A stretch of 64,000 nt of DNA from Balanoglossus misakiensis. Its lineage: Eukaryota > Animalia > Hemichordata. Shown here piece after piece: positions 1 through 9,745 of the stretch; the first letter of the stretch is position 1; each line of letters opens with the position of its first letter. The DNA lies in contig CM082582.2 in the NCBI GenBank assembly GCA_040954595.2, positions 620,001-684,000 on the forward strand, read 5' to 3'. Below the pieces are notes generated by a model. It was not told the DNA's origin. It made no database searches and saw only the letters and a list, made by a program, of their open reading frames with translations. The position numbers and the translations under genes were made by a program.

Positions 1-282
1 TATACGTACCTCCATTAATTCAAACGACTTGATTGAGGTAGAAGGTGGACATTGTGACACTGACAGTGAAGATTTAAAAATCGTAGCGATGCCTCCCCCA
101 CGACCTTTACGCGGAACACTGATGATGCTATAGCCTGGTGGCAGATTTTCATTGATGAGGGATGAATCACTGTCATCGTCACGAAGCCACGTTTCAGCAA
201 GCATTAAAACATCCAAATGACAGTCTTGCAGGAATTCGTTGATAGCTGTGGATTTATTGCACAATGATCGACAGTAACTCAT

Positions 283-492
283 GTGTTTGATATTAAAAAG
301 TGGTTGGTCCCACACATGAGCAAATATTTCAGAGGACAGTCGAAACCATTGTGTTTTCAGTTCAAGAAAGTAGATGGGCAGACCAGAATGCGTTATCGGC
401 ACTACTCTACATCTGTCTGGAGGCCAACAGTCCAGTATCAGCAGGGAACCACCACACCAATTGATGAAAGTTTGGGGCTAAAGTGCTTACAG
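283..492 (+). CDS. Coding exon (first visible; 5' boundary uncertain)
   Basis: Open frame VFDIKKWLVPHMSKYFRGQSKPLCFQFKK...KCLQ ending at a CAG|GT donor. An upstream in-frame TGA lies at 265-267. Confidence 0.6.
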
Positions 493-769
493 GTATTTAT
501 ATTATATGATTTATATGCATCAATATAGAAGTTTGCAGTGCCCTGAAGACGTAACATGAAAAGGGGGACCATGCAATATTAGTACTGAGCTGATTTGACA
601 TTTTTAAACTTATTTTAATGAGATCGACTTCAGTCATATCATGAGAGCAATTGGGCAATTTTGAATCAAAATATTTCCACCAGTTACAATTTACAAAAAT
701 CCTTTTGCCTGAACTGAAAATATTTTAAAATTGTAGTACTGATCAATGTACATGCTGTTTATCTCATAG

Positions 770-940
770 AGTGTGCCAGATATCAATGACGTTCCAGATT
801 TTGTACAGCCATGCATAGAAAAAATGGACCCTGTGAAGCTAAAGAAGGATATCCCAGACAGTTATGAATGGAGAATACCCAGGGATGCTGACAGAGAGTG
901 CCTGAGGGACTTTGTGGAAAATGTTGAAATATATGAATAG
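770..940 (+). CDS. Coding exon, 57 codons, last codon TAG
   Basis: AG acceptor at 768-769, 171 nt with no stop until the terminal TAG, followed directly by GT. Not in the ORF track. Confidence 0.6.
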   Translation, partial: SVPDINDVPDFVQPCIEKMDPVKLKKDIPDSYEWRIPRDADRECLRDFVENVEIYE

Positions 941-1305
941 GTGTGTTATACTTCAGACATAAAAGGCATACTGGATATGACAGTTATTTTCAGAACACAT
1001 ATTGCAGAGAAAGAACATGCAATATAACATTCCTTTTGAAAAGCATAATTCCTTTGAGTGGTGAATTAACTATAAACTCACAATTTTTCTTAGTCTTTGC
1101 GGACAGCGTCAGGGGGACTGGGCTCTGTCCAGTCCTGGGGGAGGGGGGTATGGTCAATCTGCCCATCTATCTGTCAGTTCATGTGTCCGCCGCAAAGAAC
1201 ATGATAAATTTGAAGACATGGCTTGTTGCAGATAAGCGTTTTCCTAACTGCTCGAGTTTTTCTTTCGTGGATAATTATATATTATGCACTCTGATTCACT
1301 TGTAG

Positions 1306-1446
1306 GTTCCACCAAACAGACCAACAACATGGTTTTTCCATGATCTGATTGAAGCAGCAGACCAAAGAAGGCAAATGGAAACAGAACAGACACTACCAAG
1401 CCACCTTGAAGTGATCAGGACAAGAATTGAAAGAGAGTGTGATGAT
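1306..1446 (+). CDS. Coding exon, 47 codons
   Basis: TTGTAG acceptor, 141 nt open frame, consensus GTAAGT donor. Confidence 0.7.
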
Positions 1447-2047
1447 GTAAGTAGCATTTTAATTGTAACTATCACTGGTTCAAGACAGAATTACACTAAT
1501 GATAAATAGTGTTCTGAAAATGTACATGTGGATATATAGTGAATCAACATTCAACCACACACAACTTCCATCCCACTTGCAGAAACACACAAGTGAAAAA
1601 TTCAAAAATTCAACTTGCGAAAATAAAATGTTTTACTTATGTTTTAATCCCTTTAATGTGGGCAGCACGTACTTAGTATATTGGCAAAGTAAAATTATTC
1701 CTGTCGACGGCAAAGGAGTAGATGTCTGTACATGCCAAAATTAGGCTCAGCTAGACTGAACTTGCCCTGGGTTTGGAGTTTGCCTGAAAAAAATTCAATT
1801 CTCTTTTAGACTATCAGCCATTTCAACTAGAAAAGCTAAATTAAAGGGTAACTTCACCTTTAAAGGGGACTATTTTTCATGACAGGCTTGATCATGATTT
1901 TTTTCTTTATTGTTAATAGCAAAGTCATTTTGGAAAGAAAAATTATGAAAAGTGAAAACTCAATGTGATAAATAAAGTGTTAAATCTTATCAATCTTATA
2001 AAAAAGACCTCTAAAAGTATTTTATTCTTTTTTTTTCTTTTTAATAG

Positions 2048-2482
2048 GTCATTATTGGAAGGACACCACGACCAATTAGTAGGGCAACAAATGACCAAGG
2101 AGATTGTAACAATAGGAATGGATTGGATACCAATGCAGTCTTGAATGTTGACAACTTTGAAACGTTACAGGAAGATATGTTTGTGGCTGTGTACATTCCC
2201 AGTTTAAAACAAATCCCTCAACTTGGAAAAGTTGTCGCTGTAAACTCAGAAGAGGAAACATTTCAGCTGCATTGGTATTCAGGTTCTTGGTCTGCTTTGT
2301 GGAAACCAGCCTTTTGTGGAGCGGGCCGAAACAGAAAGCCAAATGTTGAAACTGTGTGGATACAATCTGCCATTTTTTGGGATTTTCAGTTAACACAAGG
2401 TAGTGTACTACCCAAAGCCACACAAACAACATTGAAGGAACGCTACCATGAAGCACAGCAAGAGATGGTAGAAAGTGACTGA
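2048..2482 (+). CDS. Terminal coding exon; small beta-rich (SH3/Tudor-like?) C-terminal domain
   Basis: Long polypyrimidine tract then TAATAG acceptor, in frame with the 2123-2482 ORF (DMFVAVY...PQLGKVVAV...FQLHWYSGSWSALWKP). The fold is inferred only. Confidence 0.7.
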   Translation, partial: VIIGRTPRPISRATNDQGDCNNRNGLDTNAVLNVDNFETLQEDMFVAVYIPSLKQIPQLGKVVAVNSEEETFQLHWYSGSWSALWKPAFCGAGRNRKPNVETVWIQSAIFWDFQLTQGSVLPKATQTTLKERYHEAQQEMVESD

Positions 2483-3173
2483 AAACAACAGACAACAGAC
2501 TCCACTCACTGGTCTTGAAACAGATTTCAATGCCTATTATTGTGGGGGAGGGGGTATCAAAGTGTAATTTTGTATATATGTCGCCAGGCGATTGGTATCT
2601 CAATACGTTTTTTTCACCAACCATTAGATGCATGATTTTGCTGAAAATCAAACCGTAGGACTTTATAAACTTTATCTTCAGAACATTAAAGACAGGTCTA
2701 CCCAAATGCATCTTATATATTTAGCGTACAGTGAAGCCACTGTGAACTCTGGCATAGACAACCAAGTTCCATATGTCATTTTAATATCAAACACTAATTT
2801 CAAGCTGTACGAAATTTATATTGTATTATGTGAAATATTTAATCTTTTGTTGAGCTAAAATTCACACTTGGCTCAGTTATGCCAAACATGTGATAAATTT
2901 CATACCAGTACTGACCAAAGTTGTCGTGTGAAAGTCCAACAGTCCTACAAATTGTTCAAGTACACGTATATATAATAATGAATCCCATGGCATGTACATA
3001 TTTTATAAGTGATTGTACAAATTCTGAACAAAGGGGACACATCTCATTTACAGTGTTTTTACAGATGCTAAAGTAGTCAAGAGGTTTGCAATTAAAGACA
3101 TTTGAGACTCATACAAAAGTAAAGCTTGTAAGATATGACTGACATTTTTAATATTTTAATGATTGTATTTCTT

Positions 3174-3192
3174 TATATATATATATATATAT
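3174..3192. repeat. (TA)n microsatellite
   Basis: About 9 TA units, seen directly. Confidence 0.8.
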
Positions 3193-3288
3193 TACTGGTC
3201 ATTTACCTTTCTAGCAGTGTTTTATAAATAAATAAGTGTGTGATACAATTTTAAAACATGTATTATGTTTGTTATTTTGTCAGAAAAT

Positions 3289-5185
3289 TATCCAGTAGCA
3301 TTGAAGGCCACTTCCATCGTGACCCTCTATCCAGTAGCATTGAGGGCCACTTCCATCGTGACCCTCTATCCAGTAGCATTGAGGGCCACTTCCATTGTGA
3401 CCCTCTATCTCTATCCAGTAGCATTGAAGGCCACTTCCATCGTGACCCTCTATCCAGTAGCATTGAGGGCCACTTCCATCGTGACCCTCTATCCAGTAGC
3501 ATTTGGGGCCACTTCCATCGTGACCCTCTATCCAGTAGCATTGAAGGCCACTTCCATCGTGACCCTCTATCCAGTAGCATTGAGGGCCACTTCCATCGTG
3601 ACCCTCTATCCAGTAGCATTGAAGGCCACTTCCATCGTGACCCTCTATCCAGTAGCATTGAGGGCCACTTCCATCGTGACCCTCTATCCAGTAGCATTGA
3701 GGGCCACTTCCATCGTGACCCTCTATCCAGTAGCATTGAAGGCCACTTCCATCGTGACCCTCTATCCAGTAGCATTGAGGGCCACTTCCATCGTGACCCT
3801 CTATCCAGTAGCATTGAGGGCCACTTCCATTGTGACCCTCTATCTCTATCCAGTAGCATTGAAGGCCACTTCCATCGTGACCGTCTATCCAGTAGCATTG
3901 AGGGCCACTTCCATCGTGACCCTCTATCCAGTAGCATTGAGGGCCACTTCCATTGTGACCCTCTATCTCTATCCAGTAGCATTGAGGGCCACTTCCATCG
4001 TGACCCTCTATCCAGTAGCATTGAGGGCCACTTCCATCGTGACCCTCTATCCAGTAGCATTGAGGGCCACTTCCATCGTGACCCTCTATCTCTATCCAGT
4101 AGCTTTGAAGGCCACTTCCATCGTGACCCTCTATCCAGTAGCATTGAGGGCCACTTCCATCGTGACCCTCTATCTCTATCCAGTAGCATTGAAGGCCACT
4201 TCCATCGTGACCCTCTATCCAGTAGCATTGAGGGCCACTTCCATCGTGACCCTCTATCCAGTAGCATTGAAGGCCACTTCCATCGTGACCCTCTATCCAG
4301 TAGCATTGAGGGCCACTTCCATCGTGACCCTCTATCCAGTAGCATTGAGGGCCACTTCCATTGTGACCCTCTATCTCTATCCAGTAGCATTGAAGGCCAC
4401 TTCCATCGTGACCCTCTATCCAGTAGCATTGAGGGCCACTTCCATCGTGACCCTCTATCCAGTAGCATTGAAGGCCACTTCCATCGTGACCCTCTATCCA
4501 GTAGCATTGAGGGCCACTTCCATTGTGACCCTCTATCTCTATCCAGTAGCATTGAAGGCCACTTCCATCGTGACCCTCTATCCAGTAGCATTGAGGGCCA
4601 CTTCCATCGTGACCCTCTATCCAGTAGCATTGAGGGCCACTTCCATCGTGACCCTCTATCTCTATCCAGTAGCATTGAAGGCCACTTCCATCGTGACCCT
4701 CTATCCAGTAGCATTGAGGGCCACTTCCATCGTGACCCTCTATCTAGTAGCATTGAGGGCCACTTCCATCGTGACCCTCTATCCAGTAGCATTGAGGGCC
4801 ACTTCCATTGTGACCCTCTATCTCTATCCAGTAGCATTGAAGACCACTTCCATCGTGACCCTCTATCCAGTAGCATTGAGGGCCACTTCCATCGTGACCC
4901 TCTATCCAGTAGCGTTGAGGGCCACTTCCAATGTGACCCTCTATCTCTATCCAGTAGCATTGAGGGCCACTTCCATCGTGACCCTCTATCCAGTAGCATT
5001 GAAGGCCACTTCCATCGTGACCCTCTATCCAGTAGCATTGAAGGCCACTTCCATCGTGACCCTCTATCCAGTAGCATTGAAGGCCACTTCCATCGTGACC
5101 CTCTATCCAGTAGCATTGAAGGCCACTTCCATCGTGACCCTCTATCCAGGAGCATTGAAGGCCACTTCCATCGTGACCCTCTATC
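3289..5185. repeat. 39-bp minisatellite (TCCAGTAGCATTGARGGCCACTTCCATCGTGACCCTCTA), ~47 units, ~10 of them 45 bp (+TCTCTA)
   Basis: Nearly invariant head-to-tail repeats read directly. Unit lengths are multiples of 3, which produces the 13-aa repeat ORFs. Confidence 0.98.
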
Positions 5186-6064
5186 AAGCTATTATGTTGC
5201 ATATTTCTGTGTGTATTTTTAAAATACACAATTTTTTGCATAATTGGACAAATGTGAGCAAAAAAGCATGAACTGTCTTTTTGTAAATGTAACTGCTGTT
5301 AATTTCTTCATTTTATCATATTCTGTAATGTCTGTTTGTTATAAATGTTGCAATTCACAAAATTTTCATTCAAAAAACAAGAGCTACCAACAAAGTACTG
5401 CAGCTTCAGTCAAATACAAAGATTTTATGTGCATTTTGCCTATATCCAATTATCCCAAAATATTTCCAATCGTGTTAACGTTGATCAAGTCAGATTTCCT
5501 ACGGCATGGCTTGGCTAAAGCCCTGGCACTCTAGAGCAGAAACACGCGTACAGAGACCACGTTGATCTACTCACATTTCCTTCGGCCTGGCACGGCTGAT
5601 GCCCCGGCACTATATATAGGACACAGACTGGCGTAAGTTAACAACGGTAATCACGTCGGGTTTCCTAAGGCCTGGCTCAGCTGAAGCCCCGGCACTTTAA
5701 AGCGGAAACACGCGTACATTGACCACGATGATCAAGTCAGATCTCCTACGGCCTGGCTCGACTAAAACCCTGGCACACCATGACAGACACTAGCGTTTGT
5801 TAGCAACGGTGATCAAGTCGGATTTCCTTCTGCCTGGCTCTGCAAAAGACCCGACACTCTAGTACAAAGACGTTGGCTAAGTCGGGCAAACCGAAGAGGG
5901 AAAGTCACAGCGGGTCAACACTCGACATTTGTTCGGGTAGGACTGCATTATTTTAAAACGACGTTAGTTGGGGGCACGGCCTGCAGTACTGCCGGGTAAG
6001 CTGACATCGGCTTACCGCATATAATGAAGGGGTGGGGGGAACAGAACGGTTCAATACTACATTT

Positions 6065-7000
6065 ATTAGATATCAGCTAATTTTGGACAATCATCTAAAA
6101 TCTAAATCATTTTTTCATATTTGGATATCTGATGATGTATGAAATTTCTATTATATGTAAAAATGGTGCTGATTATAAAAAATGCACTATGAATGAGCTG
6201 ATTTAATACAAAATTGCGTTTTATTCATTTTTGCACCAAAAAGGTCATTTTTAGGCAAAACATTCTTTATTTTTTTAATTCGGTGACCTGATCATATATA
6301 AACAATTGCTTGTATGTTAAAAGTTTTTATGACTTTTAAAAGCCGTGACACTGGCAGCATTCAACACGAAAATAACAATTTTAGCCACAATTTGGTCAAA
6401 ATGGTAAATTTTTGAAAATTACAAAAAATACCTGTTTTCTACATTTTCGGAAATCTGATGGAGTATAGAATCCTCTTCGTGTGTATATATCGATACAAAT
6501 TCCACAAAAAACGGCCAATTTGGCTCACTGCAGACAAAATTGCGTTTTACCAAATTTTCCTTGAAAATGTCATTTTTAGAAAAAAAAATAAAAAAACCTT
6601 TGTTCTTCGAATTTGGTGCCCTGATCATATATGACATGTTGATTATATGTTAAAACTTTCGACCACTCCAGAAATGCAGAGATATTGACGGAATTCAAGA
6701 AAAAATTGCCATTTTGGCCATATTTTGACAAAAATGGTAAATTTTTAAAAAATCATAAAAAATTAACTCTTTTCTTCATTTTCGGAAATATTATGGAGCA
6801 TGAAGTGTCGTTCTCATGTAAAAAGTGCTGCAAATTCCAGAAAAGGCGGTATAATTTGAATCACCCAAGACAAAATTACCATTTTCGACTTTTTTTCGAA
6901 AAATTGTCTTTTTTACAAAATAAATAAGAATAAATTCTTTTCTTAGTTTCAAACGGGTAGAGATACTTTCCACACGGGTTTTCTAACATTGAATTCCCAT
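6065..7000 (+). repeat. Example of the AT-rich block within one unit: decayed ~165-bp monomers arranged as ~333-bp dimers
   Basis: Motif TT(T/C)GG..CTGAT at 6129, 6288, 6455, 6621 and ~6790 (spacing 159-169). AAAATGGTAAATTTTT at ~6398 and ~6732. CAAAATT(G/A)C at ~6208, ~6535 and ~6871. Confidence 0.75.
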
Positions 7001-8894
7001 TCATCAACTCAGATTTCCTACAGCATAAGTCGGCTAAAACCCTGACACTCTAGAGCAGAAACAGTTGCACACTGGTAACGTTGAACAAGTCGATTTTTCT
7101 ACGGCCTGGCTCCGCTAAATCTCCGTCACAATATGACAGACACTAGCGTACGTTAGCAACGGTGATCAAGTCAGAATTTCTACGTCATGGCTTGGATAAA
7201 GCCCCGGCACTCTAGAGCAGAAACACGCGTACAGAGACCACGTTGATCTACTCACATTTCCTTCGGCCTGGCACGGCTGATGCCCCGGCGCTATATATAG
7301 GACACAGACTGGCGTAAGTTAACAACGGTAATCACGTCGGGTTTCCTACGGCCTGGCTCAGCTGAAGCCCCGGCACTCTAGAGCAGAAACAGGCGTACAT
7401 TGACCACGTTGATCAAGTAAGATTTCCTTTGGCGTGACTCCGCTGGTGCACCGGCTCTATATGACACAGACTGGCATAAGTTATCAACGGTGATTACGTC
7501 GGATTTCCTACGGCCGGGTTTAGCTGAAGCCCCGGCACTTTAGAGCGGAAACACGCGTACATTGACCACGATGATCAAGTCAGATCTCCTACGGCCTGGC
7601 TCGACTAAAACCCCGGCACACCATGACAGACACTAGCGTTCGTTAGCAGCGGTGATCAAGTCGGATTTCCTTCGGCCTGGCTCTGCAAAAGACCCGACAC
7701 TCTTGTACAAAGACGTTGGCTAAGTCGGGCAAACCGAAGAGGGAAAGTCACAGCGGGTCAACACTCGACATTTGTTCGGGTAGGACTGCATTATTGCCTG
7801 TCAATTTATAGAGAAAGCCCGAATTTAACCAGGGCGTTTCAAACACCGACGTTAGTTGGGGGCACGGCCTGCAGTACTGCCGGGTAAGCTGACATCAGCG
7901 TACCGCATATAATGTAGGGGGGGGGGGGGGAACAGAACGGTTAAATACTACATTTATCAGATATCAGCTAATTTTGGACAATCATCGTAAATGTAAATCA
8001 TCTTTTCATATTTGGATATCTGATGATGTATGAAATTTCCAATATATGTAAAAATGGTGCTGATTATAAAAAATGCACTCTGAGTGAGCTGATTTAATAC
8101 AAAATTGCGTTTTATTCGTTTTTGCACCAAAAAGGTCATTTTTAGGCAAAACATTCTTTATTTTTTTAATTCGGTGACCTGATCATAGATAAGCAATTGC
8201 TTGCATGTTAAAAGTTTTTATGACTTTTAAAAGCAGTGACACTGGCGGCATTCAACACGAAAATAAAAATTTTAGCCACAATTTGGTCAAAATGGTAAAT
8301 TTTTGAAAATTACAAAAATACCTGTTTTCTACATTTTCGAAAATCTGATGGAGTATAGAATGCTCTTCGTATATATATATCGATACAAATTCCACAAAAA
8401 CGGCCAATTTGGCTCACGGCAGACAGAATTGCGTTTTACCAAATTTTCCTTGAAAATGTCATTTTTAGAAGAAAAAAATAAAAAAACCTTTGTTCTTCGA
8501 ATTTGGTGCCCTGATCATATATGACATGTTGATTATATGTTAAAACTGTCGACCACTCCAAAAATGCAGAGATATTGACGGAATTCAAGAAAAAATAGCC
8601 ATTTTGGCCATATTTTGACAAAAATGGTAAATTTTTAAAAAATCATAAAAAATTAACTCTTTTCTTCATTTTCGGAAATATTATGGAGCATGAAGTGTCG
8701 TTCTCTTGTAAAAAGTGCTGCAAATTCCAGAAAAGGCGGTATAATTTGAATCACCCAAGACAAAATTACCATTTTCGACTTATTTTCGAAAAATTGTCTT
8801 TTTTACAAAATAAATAAGAATAAATTCTTTTCTTAGTTTCAAACGGGTAGAGATACTTTCCACACGGGTTTTCTAACATTGAATTCCCGTTCAT

Positions 8895-9745
8895 CAACTC
8901 AGATTTCCTACAGCATAAGTCGGCTAAAACCCTGACACTCTAGAGCAGAAACAGTTGCACACTGGTAACGTTGAACAAGTCGATTTTTCTACGGCCTGGC
9001 TCGACTAAATCTCCGTCACAATATGACAGACACTAGCGTACGTTAGCAACGGTGATCAAGTCAGATTTTCTACGGCATGGCTTGGATAAAGCCCCGGCAC
9101 TCTAGAGCAGAAACACGCGTACAGAGACCACGTTGATCAAGTCTGATCTCCTACGGCTTGGCTCGACTAAAACCCCGGCACACTATGACAGACACTAGCG
9201 TTCGTTAGCAACGTTGATCAAGTGAGATTTCCTACGGCATGGCTTGGCTAAAGCCCTGGCACTCTAGAGCAGAAACACGCGTACAGAGACCACGTTGATC
9301 TACTCACATTTTCTTCGGCCTGGCACGGCTGATGCCCCGGCACTATATATGGGACACAGACTGGCGTAAGTTAACAACGGTAATCACGTCGGGTTTCCTA
9401 CGGCCTGGCTCAGCTGAAGCCCGGCACTCTAGAGCAGAAACAGGCGTACATTGACCACGTTGATCAAGTCAGATTTCCTACGGCGTGACTCCGCTGGTGC
9501 ACTGGCTCTATATGACACAGACTGGCGTAAGTTATCAACGGTGATTACGTCGGATTTCCTACGGCCTGGGTTAGCTGAAGCCCCGGCACTTTCGAGCGGA
9601 AACACGCGTACATTGACCACGATGATCAAGTCAGATCTCCTACGGCCTGGCTCGACTAAAACCCCGGCACACCATGACAGACACTAGCGTTCGTTAGCAA
9701 CGGTGATCAAGTCGGATTTCCTTCGGCCTGGCTCTGCAAAAGACC
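8895..9745 (+). repeat. Example of the 81-bp sub-repeat block within one macrosatellite unit (~10-11 diverged monomers)
   Basis: Core ACGTTGATCAAGTCAGATTTCCTACGGC recurs at 81-85 bp spacing (e.g. 5481, 5562, 5647, 5728, 5809 in the first unit). Monomers alternate between CTCTAGAGCAGAAAC-type and ATGACA(C/G)A(G/C)ACT-type. Confidence 0.9.

Larger units (their letters stand above)
283..2482 (+). pseudogene. Multi-exon gene remnant of unknown function, probably a pseudogene (exons ~283-492, 770-940, 1306-1446, 2048-2482)
   Basis: Three introns with canonical ends: CAG|GTATTT (492/493) to CATAG| (769); TAG|GTGTGT (940/941) to TTGTAG| (1305); GAT|GTAAGT (1446/1447) to TTAATAG| (2047). All joins are phase 0 and give one frame (FDIKKWLVPH...KCLQ / SVPDINDVPD...VEIYE* / VPPNRPTTWF...ECDD / VIIGRTP...MVESD*). 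There is an in-frame TAG at 938-940 and no clear 5' exon or ATG. From memory, exon 1 resembles the C-terminal region of invertebrate DUF7869-type proteins (unverified). Confidence 0.7.

Noticed and set aside
943-1305. 120-aa ORF and GGACTGG/CCAGTCC hairpin
   Set aside because: They lie within a predicted intron. The ORF has a GTG start and no recognisable features, and a 7-bp stem is expected by chance.
2076-2711. 211-aa minus-strand ORF
   Set aside because: It is antisense to the better-supported terminal exon and has no recognisable domain.
3289-5185. CRISPR array
   Set aside because: The repeats are hairpin-like but abut directly with no unique spacers. There are no cas genes and the context is eukaryotic.
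3258-5271. 654, 668 and 627 aa repetitive ORFs as real proteins
   Set aside because: They are a by-product of a stop-free 39/45-bp repeat open on both strands, with no non-repetitive domain.
9440-9560. 5S rRNA similarity of the 81-bp monomer (CCTACGGC, ACCACGTTGA)
   Set aside because: Only short words match, with the wrong spacing and order, and there is no 5S internal control region or 3' half.
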